Origin: an uncultured Candidatus Saccharibacteria bacterium
Lineage (GTDB): Bacteria; Patescibacteriota; Minisyncoccia; Phycocordibacterales; UBA5272
Direction: 5' to 3'
Length of the DNA: 64,000 nt
Assembly (NCBI GenBank): GCA_964621595.1
Contig: CAZUPO010000002.1
Location: 12,047-76,046, forward strand
Shown here piece after piece: positions 39,345 to 49,709 of the stretch. The notes under the pieces were generated by a model. The model ran no database searches, had not been told where the DNA came from, and saw only the letters and a program-made list of their open reading frames with translations. The position numbers and the translations under genes are program-made. Numbering within the stretch: position 1 is the first letter of the stretch; every line of letters starts with the position of its first letter.

Positions 39345-40682
39345 ATGGACTACGGCCAACTCTGGAACAGCGCACTTTCTCAGATCGAACTAGAGCTTTC
39401 TCGTGTTAATTTTAACACCTGGTTTAAAAATACTCGTATTGTTGATTATAAGGATGGGGAGGTGACTATTGGGGTCCCTAATGAGTTCGTAAAGGATTGG
39501 CTTAATCAAAAATATCATAAATTTATTTTAAGAATACTTCGTACAATACACGAGGGTGTTCGCTCTGTTGTTTTTTCTGTTGTAAAACCAGAAAATTTAC
39601 AGAAGAAGTCTCAGCATATTGCCATCACCGGCCAAACACTTCCTCTACAAGATTTATACATTAATAAAGATGATGGATTAAATCCTCGATATACCTTTGA
39701 GAACTTTATTGTTGGTTCTTTTAATGAGGTTGCGTACGCATGTTCGCAGGCTGTTCTAAATGGTCTTGGTATTGTTTATAACCCTTTGTTTGTTTATGGA
39801 AAAACAGGGCTTGGAAAAACTCACCTTATGCAAGCAATTGGAAATACAGTGAAAAAGAAGCATCCTGATCGAAAGGTTTTTTATACTTCGCTTGAAAAGT
39901 TTTACATGGATTATGTAAATGCGACGAACCTAAATAAAATAAATAGTTTTAAGGAAAAATACCGTAAGTACGATGTTTTTATAATGGATGATATTCAGTT
40001 TATTAATGGTAAGGAAAGAACACAGGATGAACTTTTCCATTTATTTAATTCTCTTTATGAGATGAATAAGCAGATTGTTTTTTCTTCCGATGTTCATCCA
40101 AATCTTATTGTTGGGTTGGAGGACCGTTTACGCTCTCGCTTTAATCAGGGAATGATTGTTGATGTAAATATCCCATCCGTTGAGTCTCGACTTGCAATCC
40201 TTCAATCAAAGGCGAAGGATTTTCGAGAAAAAATACCCCTTGAGGTTCTTCAGTTTGTTGCGGATACTGTCCAGGGGAATATCCGTGAGTTGGAGGGTGT
40301 TATGAATTCAATTGTGAGTCATATTCAAATAAAACAGCAAGTTCTTACTCTTCCTGATATAAAAAATCTACTAAAGAATAGTGTTCGTGTGAAGAAAAGT
40401 ATTTCTATTCCTGAGATTGTTAAGATAATAGCGGATTATTATCACATCCCTGATGTATATATTTACAACAAAACACGCCGCAAAGATGTTGTAAAACCAC
40501 GCCAGATTGTTATGTATATCCTTCGCGAGGATTTTGATATTTCATATCCGATGATTGGGGACCGCTTAGGGGGACGAGATCACACAACAGTTATTCACTC
40601 GTATGAAAAAATTAAGAATATTTTAAAAACAAATCAACAACTAACTCGTGAGATCGAAGAAATTCGTGGAATGCTTGCTTAG
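39345..40682 (+). CDS. dnaA: Chromosomal replication initiator protein DnaA
   Basis: Start taken at MDYGQLWNSAL. AAA+ Walker A GKTGLGKTHLMQAIG. C-terminal DNA-binding domain. Confidence 0.9.
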   Translation: MDYGQLWNSALSQIELELSRVNFNTWFKNTRIVDYKDGEVTIGVPNEFVKDWLNQKYHKFILRILRTIHEGVRSVVFSVVKPENLQKKSQHIAITGQTLPLQDLYINKDDGLNPRYTFENFIVGSFNEVAYACSQAVLNGLGIVYNPLFVYGKTGLGKTHLMQAIGNTVKKKHPDRKVFYTSLEKFYMDYVNATNLNKINSFKEKYRKYDVFIMDDIQFINGKERTQDELFHLFNSLYEMNKQIVFSSDVHPNLIVGLEDRLRSRFNQGMIVDVNIPSVESRLAILQSKAKDFREKIPLEVLQFVADTVQGNIRELEGVMNSIVSHIQIKQQVLTLPDIKNLLKNSVRVKKSISIPEIVKIIADYYHIPDVYIYNKTRRKDVVKPRQIVMYILREDFDISYPMIGDRLGGRDHTTVIHSYEKIKNILKTNQQLTREIEEIRGMLA

Positions 40683-40906
40683 TGTGGATTACTTCTGTGT
40701 ATAATCTGGGGAATACGTTGGTGTAGTTTGTTTACTGTTTATATAGAGGTCTCTTTTTAAAACACTTATTAACAAACTCTCTTTGTTTTTTATATAAACA
40801 ACCATGTTAGTTTTTCTTTATTTATATTCAAAAATAAGGTTTTTTATACTTTTCCACCGATTCCACAGACCTATACTTAGTATTATATTTTATATATACT
40901 AAAGAC
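40683..40906. promoter_or_regulatory. Candidate replication origin (oriC) between dnaA and dnaN
   Basis: AT-rich 224-bp intergenic region with a DnaA-box-like TGTGGATTA at about 40683-40691, a partial box TTCCACAGA at about 40860-40868, and AT-rich unwinding-element-like stretches. Conserved dnaA-dnaN context. Confidence 0.4.
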
Positions 40907-41998
40907 ATGAAATTCGAATGTAAATCTGATGTGTTTATAAAAGCAGTTGCGCAAGTTTCTCGAGCACGTAGTAAACAACAATCCCAAAATTATTTACAAG
41001 ATATTAATATAAGTCTTGAGAATCACCTTCTTACTCTCCGAGCCACTAATTTAGAGTTGTTTTGTGAAAAAAGTATTCCAGTAAAGGGGATTGTTAATGG
41101 GCACTGTTTATTACAAGGGGAGACATTACTTAGAATTATCTCAACCCTTCAGAATATAAATTCATCTCTTGTATGTGCTGTGGAGGATGGTGTCTTTACT
41201 ATTACAACAGAACAGGGTGTTATAGAAATAAAAATTACTCCGCAGGAAGATTTTCCTACACTACCCCCACAAGGAGAGATACTCGGAGTTATTTCAAAAG
41301 AGAACCTCACAACCCTACTAAAAGAAGTTTCTTTTTGTGCTGCAACAACAGAAATAAAACCAGAAATATCCTCCGTATATCTATACACAAAAAATGACCT
41401 TATTTATAGTGTTTCTACGGACTCCTACCGCCTGGCGGAGAAAACGCTATCCAATGAAAAGGGGATAGAATTCTCAGTGCTTATACCACAAAAACACATA
41501 GGAGATATTCTTCAGATTATACAAGAGGAAAAAGAAGAACTAACTCTTTCCCTCTACGAGAGTATTTTTTCTATTAGTTCACCAAACCTTACCCTCTCCA
41601 TTCACACAATTACAGGACAGTTCCCAGATTATAAACAACTATTCCCGAAAGAATTTACAACAACAGTTACCCTCACAAAAGAAGAATTACAAAAAGCACT
41701 AACCCTCACCACATATTTTAACGAAACATATTCGCAGGTGGAGTGTGTATTTGCAAACGATAAATGTACCCTGCACAGCAGAAGTGAAGCAGTTGGACAA
41801 GTCACACACAGTATTAAAACTTCACACGTAGGTGAACCGATAGAAGTAAAATATAATAACAGATATTTCCTCGAGGTACTCCCGTACCTAAAAGGTGAAA
41901 CAATCACATGTATGTTTACCACCCCACAGAGACCTGTTTTTCTACAAAGCAAACAAGATGCGAGTTTTACCTACCTACTCATGCCCCTTACTAGGTAG
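40907..41998 (+). CDS. dnaN: DNA polymerase III beta subunit (sliding clamp)
   Basis: 363 aa. MKFECKSDVFIKAVAQVSRA N-terminus typical of DnaN. Position after dnaA. Confidence 0.9.
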   Translation: MKFECKSDVFIKAVAQVSRARSKQQSQNYLQDINISLENHLLTLRATNLELFCEKSIPVKGIVNGHCLLQGETLLRIISTLQNINSSLVCAVEDGVFTITTEQGVIEIKITPQEDFPTLPPQGEILGVISKENLTTLLKEVSFCAATTEIKPEISSVYLYTKNDLIYSVSTDSYRLAEKTLSNEKGIEFSVLIPQKHIGDILQIIQEEKEELTLSLYESIFSISSPNLTLSIHTITGQFPDYKQLFPKEFTTTVTLTKEELQKALTLTTYFNETYSQVECVFANDKCTLHSRSEAVGQVTHSIKTSHVGEPIEVKYNNRYFLEVLPYLKGETITCMFTTPQRPVFLQSKQDASFTYLLMPLTR

Positions 41999-42007
41999 GG
42001 TTGTTGT

Positions 42008-42241
42008 ATGGATGAGAAACTCTTCAGTAAATATAAAAAAGCGATCGAAGAACAAAAGAATACTAAGACAGAAATACTGGTGTATATAGAAACAACCACA
42101 GGAGTTGTTTTGGGAGAAGATGAAATTATCATCACAAAAAATACCATAAAGATCACAACTTCATCAGCCAAGCGAAGCAAACTCCTTCAAAAAAACATAT
42201 ACAAACATCTTAAAGATAAAAATATTTCAGTAACACTATAA
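42008..42241 (+). CDS. Small hypothetical protein downstream of dnaN
   Basis: 77-aa ORF. Positionally comparable to small DUF proteins that follow dnaN in other bacteria. Confidence 0.35.
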   Translation: MDEKLFSKYKKAIEEQKNTKTEILVYIETTTGVVLGEDEIIITKNTIKITTSSAKRSKLLQKNIYKHLKDKNISVTL

Positions 42242-42247
42242 ACGCAC

Positions 42248-44401
42248 TTATTGAACTATAGTCGGAGGAATCTCAGTTGTAGTTGGGGCACCACACACAG
42301 AGTCGTTCTTTTGAATCCATCGCGCAATACCTGTTTCCCAGAGATCATATTGAGGGTCACTGCTTGGATTTTCTGGATAAGGGCCATTGGGATCTTGCTT
42401 TATGACAGATCGAAGAATTGTGTGAACTCCATCACTATCGCAGTAACTTCCTTTCAAAATTGGTTTTGTGGATAGGTTTGGAAGAGGTTCTGGAAAATAT
42501 TCTATAGAAGATGTTCCTATGGCTTCCACCATCGCTTTGTGCCAGATAGGGGCAAGCACAAACCCAGCAACCTTTTTATCGATCGGGGTATTATCATTGT
42601 TTCCGCCCCACATACCAACAACCACAGAAGGGGTATACCCAACTACCCAAACATCACGATAATCGTTTGTGGTGCCTGTTTTTACCGCAACAGGACGATT
42701 TTCGAAGTAGAGAGCAGAGTGTGATCCGTACGAAGGTACGCGAGCCCCTTCGTCGGACAGAACACTCGATATAAGTGATGTAACCGACTCAGGCAGCACT
42801 GGGGCCTCATCCGAAGAATATTTTTCTAAAAGATTTCCATCAACATCCCTCACCTCAAGAATCCCAACAGGCTTGTTATAAATGCCGTTGTTTGCAAAAA
42901 CCCCATAAGCATTGGTGAGTTCAAGAAGAGTTATTTCTCCACCACCAAGAACAAGAGACAGCCCATACCTATTTGGATCAGAAATAGTTGATAAACCCAT
43001 TTGTTGGGCAAGGTGAATTGCATTATCGAGCCCGGTTAGGTAAAGAGTTTTTACGGCGGGTATATTTAGCGACTGTGCGAGGGCGTTTCGTATTGTAATA
43101 GGGCCACGAAATTTATTGTCGTAATTTTCCGGCATATAACAGGCCTCTTTTTTGATCCCAGGCTTTGGATTACCATCCGCATCACAGAGCGCACTAAATT
43201 GTGTAGGAACGTCGAACAACACAGTTTCTGGTGTATATCCGAGATTAAATGCTGCCGCGTACACAATAGGTTTGAACGAAGATCCTGGTTGTCGCGCAGC
43301 TGTTGCGATGTTGAACTGGCCAGGAATTTCGGTGTCGAAAAAGTCACGGGAGCCAACAAGTGAAAGTATTTGTCCGGTTTTTGGATCAATCGCTACAAGT
43401 GCCGCGTTTTTTGCATTAAACTTCTTTGCATTTTCAAGTGCACCTTCTTTAACAATATCTTCTAGTTTCTGCTGAAGAGGATAGTCTATTGTGGAGACAA
43501 CTTTTAGTCCACCATTTTGAACAACATCTCTCCCATACTTCTCCTCTAGTTGCTCTCGAAGATACATGACAAAATGAAGAGCCTTCCCACTATTGGATTC
43601 ATTTTTTTCAAAAGCAACAACCTCTTTTTGAGAAGTTTCGCGCTCGGCTTTTGTTATGTAACCCAATTCATACATTTTATCTAGGACGAGATTTTTTCTC
43701 GCCTCAAGAGCATCACGATGTTTCCCGTACGGAGAATAGTATGTTGGAGATTGAGGGAGGGCTGCCAAGTACGCCGCTTCTGTTAAGGTGACCTCCTTCG
43801 CATGTTTCCCGAAGTACGCAAGTGATGCCTCCTCCACCCCATAAATAGTCCCACCGTACGGGCTTTCGTTTAAGTAAATTTGAAGTATTGAGTCTTTAGG
43901 CAACTGGTTGTCTAGTTTTAAAGAAAGAATAATCTCCTTTAGTTTTCGTGTAACAGTTTTTTCTCGCGACAGGAGGGCATTTTTTACAACTTGTTGAGTT
44001 ATTGTCGATCCACCCTGAGAAAATCCGCCAGAGGTAAGGTTGGCAACTGCCGCGCGTATAAATGACGTCGGACGGAACCCATTATGTTCGTAAAAGTGTG
44101 CGTCCTCGATCGATATTGTGGCCTGTTGAATGTATGGACTTATTTCAAAAAGAGGCACCTCGGTTCTCTTTATGTTGTCGTGAATGTTGTAGAGCACCAC
44201 CTTCCCAGTCCTATCATATATCTTTGTTGAGTTTGCAACAAAACGATTTTCGAAGTTGTTAAAATCTGGCAACTGAACTGTTGAAAGCCATGCGATAAAG
44301 AGGCCTGATGCCACCAAAACAGATGACAAACCAAGAAAAAATACTTCACGCAGAATCTTGCGCTTAATACGCGATTGTCTGACAGAATACGGAGAATGCA
44401 T
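42248..44401 (-). CDS. Class A penicillin-binding protein (PBP1A: transglycosylase + transpeptidase)
   Basis: N-terminal TM. GT51 motifs (EDAHFYEHNGF, GGSTITQQVVKN). Transpeptidase SxxK (SSFKP). 717 aa. Confidence 0.9.
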   Translation of the reverse strand: MHSPYSVRQSRIKRKILREVFFLGLSSVLVASGLFIAWLSTVQLPDFNNFENRFVANSTKIYDRTGKVVLYNIHDNIKRTEVPLFEISPYIQQATISIEDAHFYEHNGFRPTSFIRAAVANLTSGGFSQGGSTITQQVVKNALLSREKTVTRKLKEIILSLKLDNQLPKDSILQIYLNESPYGGTIYGVEEASLAYFGKHAKEVTLTEAAYLAALPQSPTYYSPYGKHRDALEARKNLVLDKMYELGYITKAERETSQKEVVAFEKNESNSGKALHFVMYLREQLEEKYGRDVVQNGGLKVVSTIDYPLQQKLEDIVKEGALENAKKFNAKNAALVAIDPKTGQILSLVGSRDFFDTEIPGQFNIATAARQPGSSFKPIVYAAAFNLGYTPETVLFDVPTQFSALCDADGNPKPGIKKEACYMPENYDNKFRGPITIRNALAQSLNIPAVKTLYLTGLDNAIHLAQQMGLSTISDPNRYGLSLVLGGGEITLLELTNAYGVFANNGIYNKPVGILEVRDVDGNLLEKYSSDEAPVLPESVTSLISSVLSDEGARVPSYGSHSALYFENRPVAVKTGTTNDYRDVWVVGYTPSVVVGMWGGNNDNTPIDKKVAGFVLAPIWHKAMVEAIGTSSIEYFPEPLPNLSTKPILKGSYCDSDGVHTILRSVIKQDPNGPYPENPSSDPQYDLWETGIARWIQKNDSVCGAPTTTEIPPTIVQ

Positions 44402-44437
44402 ATCAACTATAGTACCACAACCTTACCTTAGATCTCT

Positions 44438-45679
44438 GTGTATGGTAGGATTATATGTATGGAAAAAATAATCACCGACGAGACAAAAATAGACGAACTT
44501 CTTACACGTGGGGTTGAAGACGTTATTGTAAAAGAAGATCTTAAGAAAGAACTTCTTTCTGGTCGCCAATTACGTATCAAACTCGGCATCGACCCAACGG
44601 GTGCCAAGATCCATATTGGTCGTGCCATCCCACTTCGCAAACTCCGCGAGTTTCAAAAACTAGGACACCAGGTTGTTCTCATTGTTGGTGACTTTACCGC
44701 ACAGGTTGGAGATGCTTCTGACAAGACAGAAAAGAGACCAATGCTTTCCCGTGCGCAGATTGACGAAAACTTAAAAGACTACAAAAGCCAAATATCAAAA
44801 ATACTAGACATCTCAAAAACCGAGTTTGTTTATAACAACGACTGGTTGTCTAAATTAACGTTCGGAGACCTGACCTCTCTCGCAGAGTGTTTTACTGTGC
44901 AACAAATGCTCGCTCGCCGAAATTTCAAAGATCGATACGACGCAGGAGTTGAGATATCTCTTCGTGAATTTTTATATCCAATTATGCAGGGATATGATTC
45001 CGTCGCCGTTAAAGCTGATGTTGAACTCGGTGGTTTCGATCAACTATTTAATCTAAAGGCGGGCCGTGTTATTCAGGAACATTTTGGTATGACAAAACAA
45101 AACATCATCACCTTCTCTATGCTCGAGGGAACCGATGGAAGAAAAATGTCTACAAGTTGGGGGAACATTATCTCAATTGTTGATGATAAAGATACTATGT
45201 TTGGGAAAGTGATGTCTCTCCACGATGATCTCATTATTAAATACTTCACCCTCTGTACAGATGTTTCACTCGAAGAGATACAAAAGATTGAAATAGCCCT
45301 TACTAAAGGAGAGAATCCAAAAGAACTCAAATTACGCCTGGCTAGTGAAATCGTGACCCTCTACCACAACGAAAAAGATGCCTCCCTTGCTAAGACAAAT
45401 TGGATCGAAACATTTTCGAAAGGGGGTCTTCCGGAAAACATACCAGAATGTGCAGGAACAAAAGACGAATTAATTGTTGATTTACTTATTGCAAAAGAGA
45501 TTGTTGCATCAAAAACAGAGTGGAGACGCCTTATCGAAGAGGGTGCTGTAACAGATGCCGACAATAATCCGATAACTGACCCTAAAGAAACTGTGCGAAA
45601 TGTTACTCTCCGTATTGGGAAAAAAAGGTTTGCAAAAATTATTATTACAGAAACAAAAGAGGGTACACAAAACAAGTAG
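44438..45679 (+). CDS. tyrS: Tyrosine--tRNA ligase
   Basis: HIGH-type motif (GAKIHIGR), KMSTS motif, C-terminal S4-like region. Confidence 0.9.
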   Translation: MYGRIICMEKIITDETKIDELLTRGVEDVIVKEDLKKELLSGRQLRIKLGIDPTGAKIHIGRAIPLRKLREFQKLGHQVVLIVGDFTAQVGDASDKTEKRPMLSRAQIDENLKDYKSQISKILDISKTEFVYNNDWLSKLTFGDLTSLAECFTVQQMLARRNFKDRYDAGVEISLREFLYPIMQGYDSVAVKADVELGGFDQLFNLKAGRVIQEHFGMTKQNIITFSMLEGTDGRKMSTSWGNIISIVDDKDTMFGKVMSLHDDLIIKYFTLCTDVSLEEIQKIEIALTKGENPKELKLRLASEIVTLYHNEKDASLAKTNWIETFSKGGLPENIPECAGTKDELIVDLLIAKEIVASKTEWRRLIEEGAVTDADNNPITDPKETVRNVTLRIGKKRFAKIIITETKEGTQNK

Positions 45680-45955
45680 TCCCTCAAAGGGTAAGTATTC
45701 TACCAGTACCCTTCGTCGTTTGCTTGAAAGGCAATATCTATTTCGTCCGCCGCCTCGTCCTCTTCACCAAAGAAAGTAACCACCTCCTCTTCCTCTACAA
45801 ACACCGCCTCATCAAACACCGCCTCGAGCGCATCTGGGTTTATTTCTACAGAACTTTTTGACTCCTCTTCTACTAGCATAATTGAATTATTGTAAGCAAA
45901 GATAACACTTTATCAAAAACCTTGCAAGAGGTGTGTAACTAAAAAAGAAAGAACA

Positions 45956-46462
45956 TTACAATAATTCAGAAATAATGGCCGTTTTGCGGTGTGCGCTGTG
46001 GGTAAGAGCAACTGCGAGCGCATCTAGTTCGTCATCGAGTGTTTTCTTTGGAAATGATGTTTTAAGGAGTTTTGGAACCATAAGAGCAACATCGTCTTTC
46101 GTCGCTTTCCCATATCCTGTCACCGCTACTTTTACTTGTGGAGGAGAGTATTCAAACACCCTCAAATTATTATGTGCTGCTAAAAAAAGACAAACACCAC
46201 GCACCTCTGCAACCCCAATTGCTGTTTTTTGGTTGGTGGTGAAGAAAAGATTTTCCATCGCCACCTCGTTTGGCCTGTAGCGCTCCAAGAGGACGGAGAG
46301 TTCATCCCCTAAATGAAGAAGACGCTTTTCGAAAGAATCCTTTCGATTTGTAACAAGACATGTAGAGAAGACCAAGGTCTCTTTCGAACCATCTTTATCT
46401 ATACACCCAACACCAAGTCGATCAAATCCGGGATCTATTCCTAGAATACGTACAGAGGCCAT
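45956..46462 (-). CDS. ruvC: Holliday junction resolvase RuvC
   Basis: MASVRILGIDPGFDRLGVGCID N-terminal catalytic motif. 168 aa. Confidence 0.85.
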   Translation of the reverse strand: MASVRILGIDPGFDRLGVGCIDKDGSKETLVFSTCLVTNRKDSFEKRLLHLGDELSVLLERYRPNEVAMENLFFTTNQKTAIGVAEVRGVCLFLAAHNNLRVFEYSPPQVKVAVTGYGKATKDDVALMVPKLLKTSFPKKTLDDELDALAVALTHSAHRKTAIISELL

Positions 46463-46463
46463 T

Positions 46464-47447
46464 TTATTTTTTGAAATTAGTCATCGCACGCTCGGTTGCT
46501 TTTCGTCCGCGAGCAGTACGTTCAATCATGCCTATTTGTAATAGGTAGGGTTCGATCACATCTGAAATAGTGTCTTCCTCCTCTCCGGTTGCCGCCGAGA
46601 GAGTATTAACACCAACGGGCCCGCCGTTAAATGTATTAACGAGAGATTCGAGAATGAGTCTCTCCGGGGTTCCGATACCAAACTCATCTATTTCTAGAAG
46701 TGAGAGAGTAGCATTCACAACCTCCTTGTCTATTTCTGCCTTGTGTACTTGTGCGTAGTCGCGGGTGCGTTTCAAGTAGTAGTTGGCGATGCGTGGGGTG
46801 AAGCGCGATCTGCGCGCGATCTCCTCTGCTGCGTCATGGGGAATAGTTGTACCCAAAATTTTTGCACTATTTGAAACAATTGTCGCAATCTCTGCCTCCG
46901 AATAGTATTGTAAACGATATACACCGCCGGAAAAACGTGATCTAAGCGGAGAAGAAAGAAGAGATACGCGCGTTGTCGCACCGATTAGGGTAAATGGAGG
47001 AAGGTCGAGTTGTATTGTTCTTGCAGAGGGTCCCTTACCAATCACGATGTCTAACTTCCCAGACTCCATCGCAGGGTATAAGACCTCCTCGATCATTTTG
47101 TTTAAGCGGTGTATCTCATCAACAAAGAGAATATCACCCGGACTTAAGTTGGTGAGGATTGCCGCAAGGTCACCAACCTTCATGATTGCTGGTCCACTCG
47201 ATAGTTTTAAATTGGCGCCGAGTTCTTTTGCAATCAGGTGTGCGAGTGTTGTCTTCCCAAGTCCTGGTGGCCCATACAAAAGAATATGTTCCGGAGGTGT
47301 TTTGCGCTCCCTCGCCGCAGTTAAGAGGATGTGTAGGTTCTTTTTTATGACTTCTTGGCCGATATAATCTGCAAACGTATCGGGTCTCAGGGTGCTGTCG
47401 AGGTGACGACTCTCCTCGAGTTCAATTGTTTGCTTGTCGACGTTCAT
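46464..47447 (-). CDS. ruvB: Holliday junction branch migration ATPase RuvB
   Basis: GPPGLGKTTLAHLIAKELG Walker A. AAA+ plus winged-helix C-terminus. Confidence 0.9.
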   Translation of the reverse strand: MNVDKQTIELEESRHLDSTLRPDTFADYIGQEVIKKNLHILLTAARERKTPPEHILLYGPPGLGKTTLAHLIAKELGANLKLSSGPAIMKVGDLAAILTNLSPGDILFVDEIHRLNKMIEEVLYPAMESGKLDIVIGKGPSARTIQLDLPPFTLIGATTRVSLLSSPLRSRFSGGVYRLQYYSEAEIATIVSNSAKILGTTIPHDAAEEIARRSRFTPRIANYYLKRTRDYAQVHKAEIDKEVVNATLSLLEIDEFGIGTPERLILESLVNTFNGGPVGVNTLSAATGEEEDTISDVIEPYLLQIGMIERTARGRKATERAMTNFKK

Positions 47448-47720
47448 AAATAGGGGGAGGAGGGGATATTTGACAAAAAATTATAGTATGATATAATGGT
47501 CCACATACACAGAGGTTTGTGAAGTTGCTAGCAGTATCTGTACGGTTCGTTTGACAAAACCTATACATCTCTAAACAATCGGGAGTTTCTCTCATCTTCC
47601 ATGACGAAGGACGGTCTGGTCGCACTTTGTTTGCGTACTGTGCCTATCCTTACGAAGGATTATTCTTCACCAAGGGGTTGCTTAGAGATGTATGGGTTTT
47701 TGTTTTGTCTAAAAACGTAT

Positions 47721-49424
47721 TTAGTAATCACCGTAAAGATCAACAACGCGCCCAACTTCCTCGAAGGAGGTTATTCCTTCCAGTGTTTTTAGTATAGCAT
47801 CTTCACGGAGTGTAGGGATTCCCTGATTTTTTGATGCAATCATGATCTCTCTCTCACTTGGATTGGTTATGAGAACCTTTTCTACTTCAGCAGTGATAAC
47901 AACCCCTTCAAATATTCCAATACGCCCCTTGTATCCAGTACCATCACAATGCAAACATCCAACAGGGCGGTAGAGTTTATATCCAACATCGGGTTTGTGT
48001 CCAAGCATAGAGTCCTCCTTTCCATCAGTTTTCATAACCCCAAGTATAGTGGTGATGACGCGAGTCTCCTTTTCGTTAGATAGATATTCTTCCTTACATT
48101 CAGGACAGAGTTTTCGCACAAGACGCTGTGCCAGCGAGAGGGAGAGCGCCCCCGCGATCACTTTTGGATTTACTCCGAGGTCAATCAGTCGTGGGATGGT
48201 ACCAGCAGCGTTGTTGGTGTGCAGGGTAGAGAACACCAGGTGGCCAGTAAGGGCTGCATTGATCGCAACCTTGGCGGTATCTTCGTCACGGATTTCTCCC
48301 ACCATGATTATGTCCGGATCTTGGCGGAGTGCCGCACGAAGACCAGAGAGAAAGGTATAACCTTTTTTAGGATCAACTTGTGTTTGAGTGATTCCCTCAA
48401 GGTGGTATTCAACAGGATCTTCGATAGTAATAATTTTTGTTTCTGTGGTGTAGGTGGTGCGGAGGAATGCGTAGAGGGTTGTCGTTTTTCCTGACCCTGT
48501 TGGACCAGTTGTGAGAATAACACCATTTGGTTTTGCAAGAGATCTCTCCACGATCTCACGCAACTTCTCCGGAAATGCTATTTGGTGTAAATCAGAAACA
48601 GTGTTTCGTGGATCAAGAAGCCGCATCACAAAACTCTCCCCGTAATTTCCTGGGACAACAGACACGCGCACATCCACCTCCACCTCCCCCAGGTTCACAC
48701 TGAAGCGCCCATCTTGAGCGTTTGCGGTTGTTGAGAGTTTAAGACCAGAGAGAAGTTTGATACGACTCTCGATACTTTTTAGGGACTCAAAATCAAAGAA
48801 AGAAATATCCTCAAGAATTCCATTAAGACGGTAGCGCAAACGCACCCTCTCTTCTTCGGGCTCGATGTGGATGTCGCTTGCACCGAACTTCAGTGCCCCA
48901 GCAACCATAAGTTCCATGATGCGACTTGTTTTGTAGAGAACGTTAGAGGTGGTTAACTTTTCAAATACATCGCGCAACTCCTCGACTGTATCAAAACTCG
49001 CCATGAGTTTCGTCATCTTCTCTGGGGTTAGTTCGAGCATGCCGCTCTCTACATTGGAAAAGCGTTGTAGATCAGCGTATCTATCGTACACGTGACGAAG
49101 GGACGCGTGTGAACACATGAAAAGAAGTATTTGATAATTTTTTTCTTCAAGCGGACGAAGGACCTCCTCCATTGCAGGGTTATCTGGTGAAAGAGAGGCG
49201 ACGTACAACTTCTTCCCAACGAGTTTGAAAGGGGCGATGTTTGCACGCTCAGCATCTTCTTTTGAAATGACAAGGAGAGCGTCTGGTTCAGGCGCAAGAC
49301 CACGCAGGTCAGCATACGGAAGCCCATACTTATCGGAAAGTATCTTTACCAACTCCTCCTCCTCATCTTTGTGGAGGTCTTGGATTGCGAGATTTTGTTT
49401 TTCATCATTAAAAACAACAGACAT
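47721..49424 (-). CDS. Type IV pilus/type II secretion assembly ATPase (PilB/GspE family)
   Basis: N-terminal GSPII_E_N-like domain. Walker A TGPTGSGKTTTLYA. Tetracysteine motif CPECK...CLHCDGTGYKGR. Confidence 0.85.
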   Translation of the reverse strand: MSVVFNDEKQNLAIQDLHKDEEEELVKILSDKYGLPYADLRGLAPEPDALLVISKEDAERANIAPFKLVGKKLYVASLSPDNPAMEEVLRPLEEKNYQILLFMCSHASLRHVYDRYADLQRFSNVESGMLELTPEKMTKLMASFDTVEELRDVFEKLTTSNVLYKTSRIMELMVAGALKFGASDIHIEPEEERVRLRYRLNGILEDISFFDFESLKSIESRIKLLSGLKLSTTANAQDGRFSVNLGEVEVDVRVSVVPGNYGESFVMRLLDPRNTVSDLHQIAFPEKLREIVERSLAKPNGVILTTGPTGSGKTTTLYAFLRTTYTTETKIITIEDPVEYHLEGITQTQVDPKKGYTFLSGLRAALRQDPDIIMVGEIRDEDTAKVAINAALTGHLVFSTLHTNNAAGTIPRLIDLGVNPKVIAGALSLSLAQRLVRKLCPECKEEYLSNEKETRVITTILGVMKTDGKEDSMLGHKPDVGYKLYRPVGCLHCDGTGYKGRIGIFEGVVITAEVEKVLITNPSEREIMIASKNQGIPTLREDAILKTLEGITSFEEVGRVVDLYGDY

Positions 49425-49577
49425 GCCAACAGTATAACAAAGGAGTTTAAGGGATTTTCATTATTTTTTGCGCATCTGGGGAAAGGTTGTGAGGAGAGTA
49501 TTTTTCTGGGGAGGTGGGGGGATGTGTTTTTGTAGAAAAAGAGTGTAAAAAAGAAGGGAAAAATAAGGGGCTAGGGC

Positions 49578-49605
49578 TTGACAAATCTGTATTTTTATGT
49601 ATACT
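49578..49605 (+). promoter_or_regulatory. Near-consensus sigma70 promoter (TTGACA-N16-TATACT)
   Basis: -35 TTGACA at 49578-49583, -10 TATACT at 49600-49605. Confidence 0.5.
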
Positions 49606-49709
49606 TATAGATAAGTTCGTAGGGGTGGCTCTAGGGCCAACTCTCACGAAATTCCATTGTAAATCAAGTAGTTCTAACGCTGCGGGAGACCGCGGAGAAG
49701 GAGAGAATC

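Noticed and set aside
39121-39393. Track ORF on + strand (90 aa)
   Set aside because: It is antisense to the unmistakable 44-aa ribosomal protein L34 (rpmH) and to the rnpA upstream region.
45700-45879. 59-aa highly acidic ORF on minus strand between tyrS and ruvC
   Set aside because: No SD or promoter signal, composition-driven (Glu/Asp-rich), and below the ORF-track threshold. It could be real, but the evidence is insufficient.
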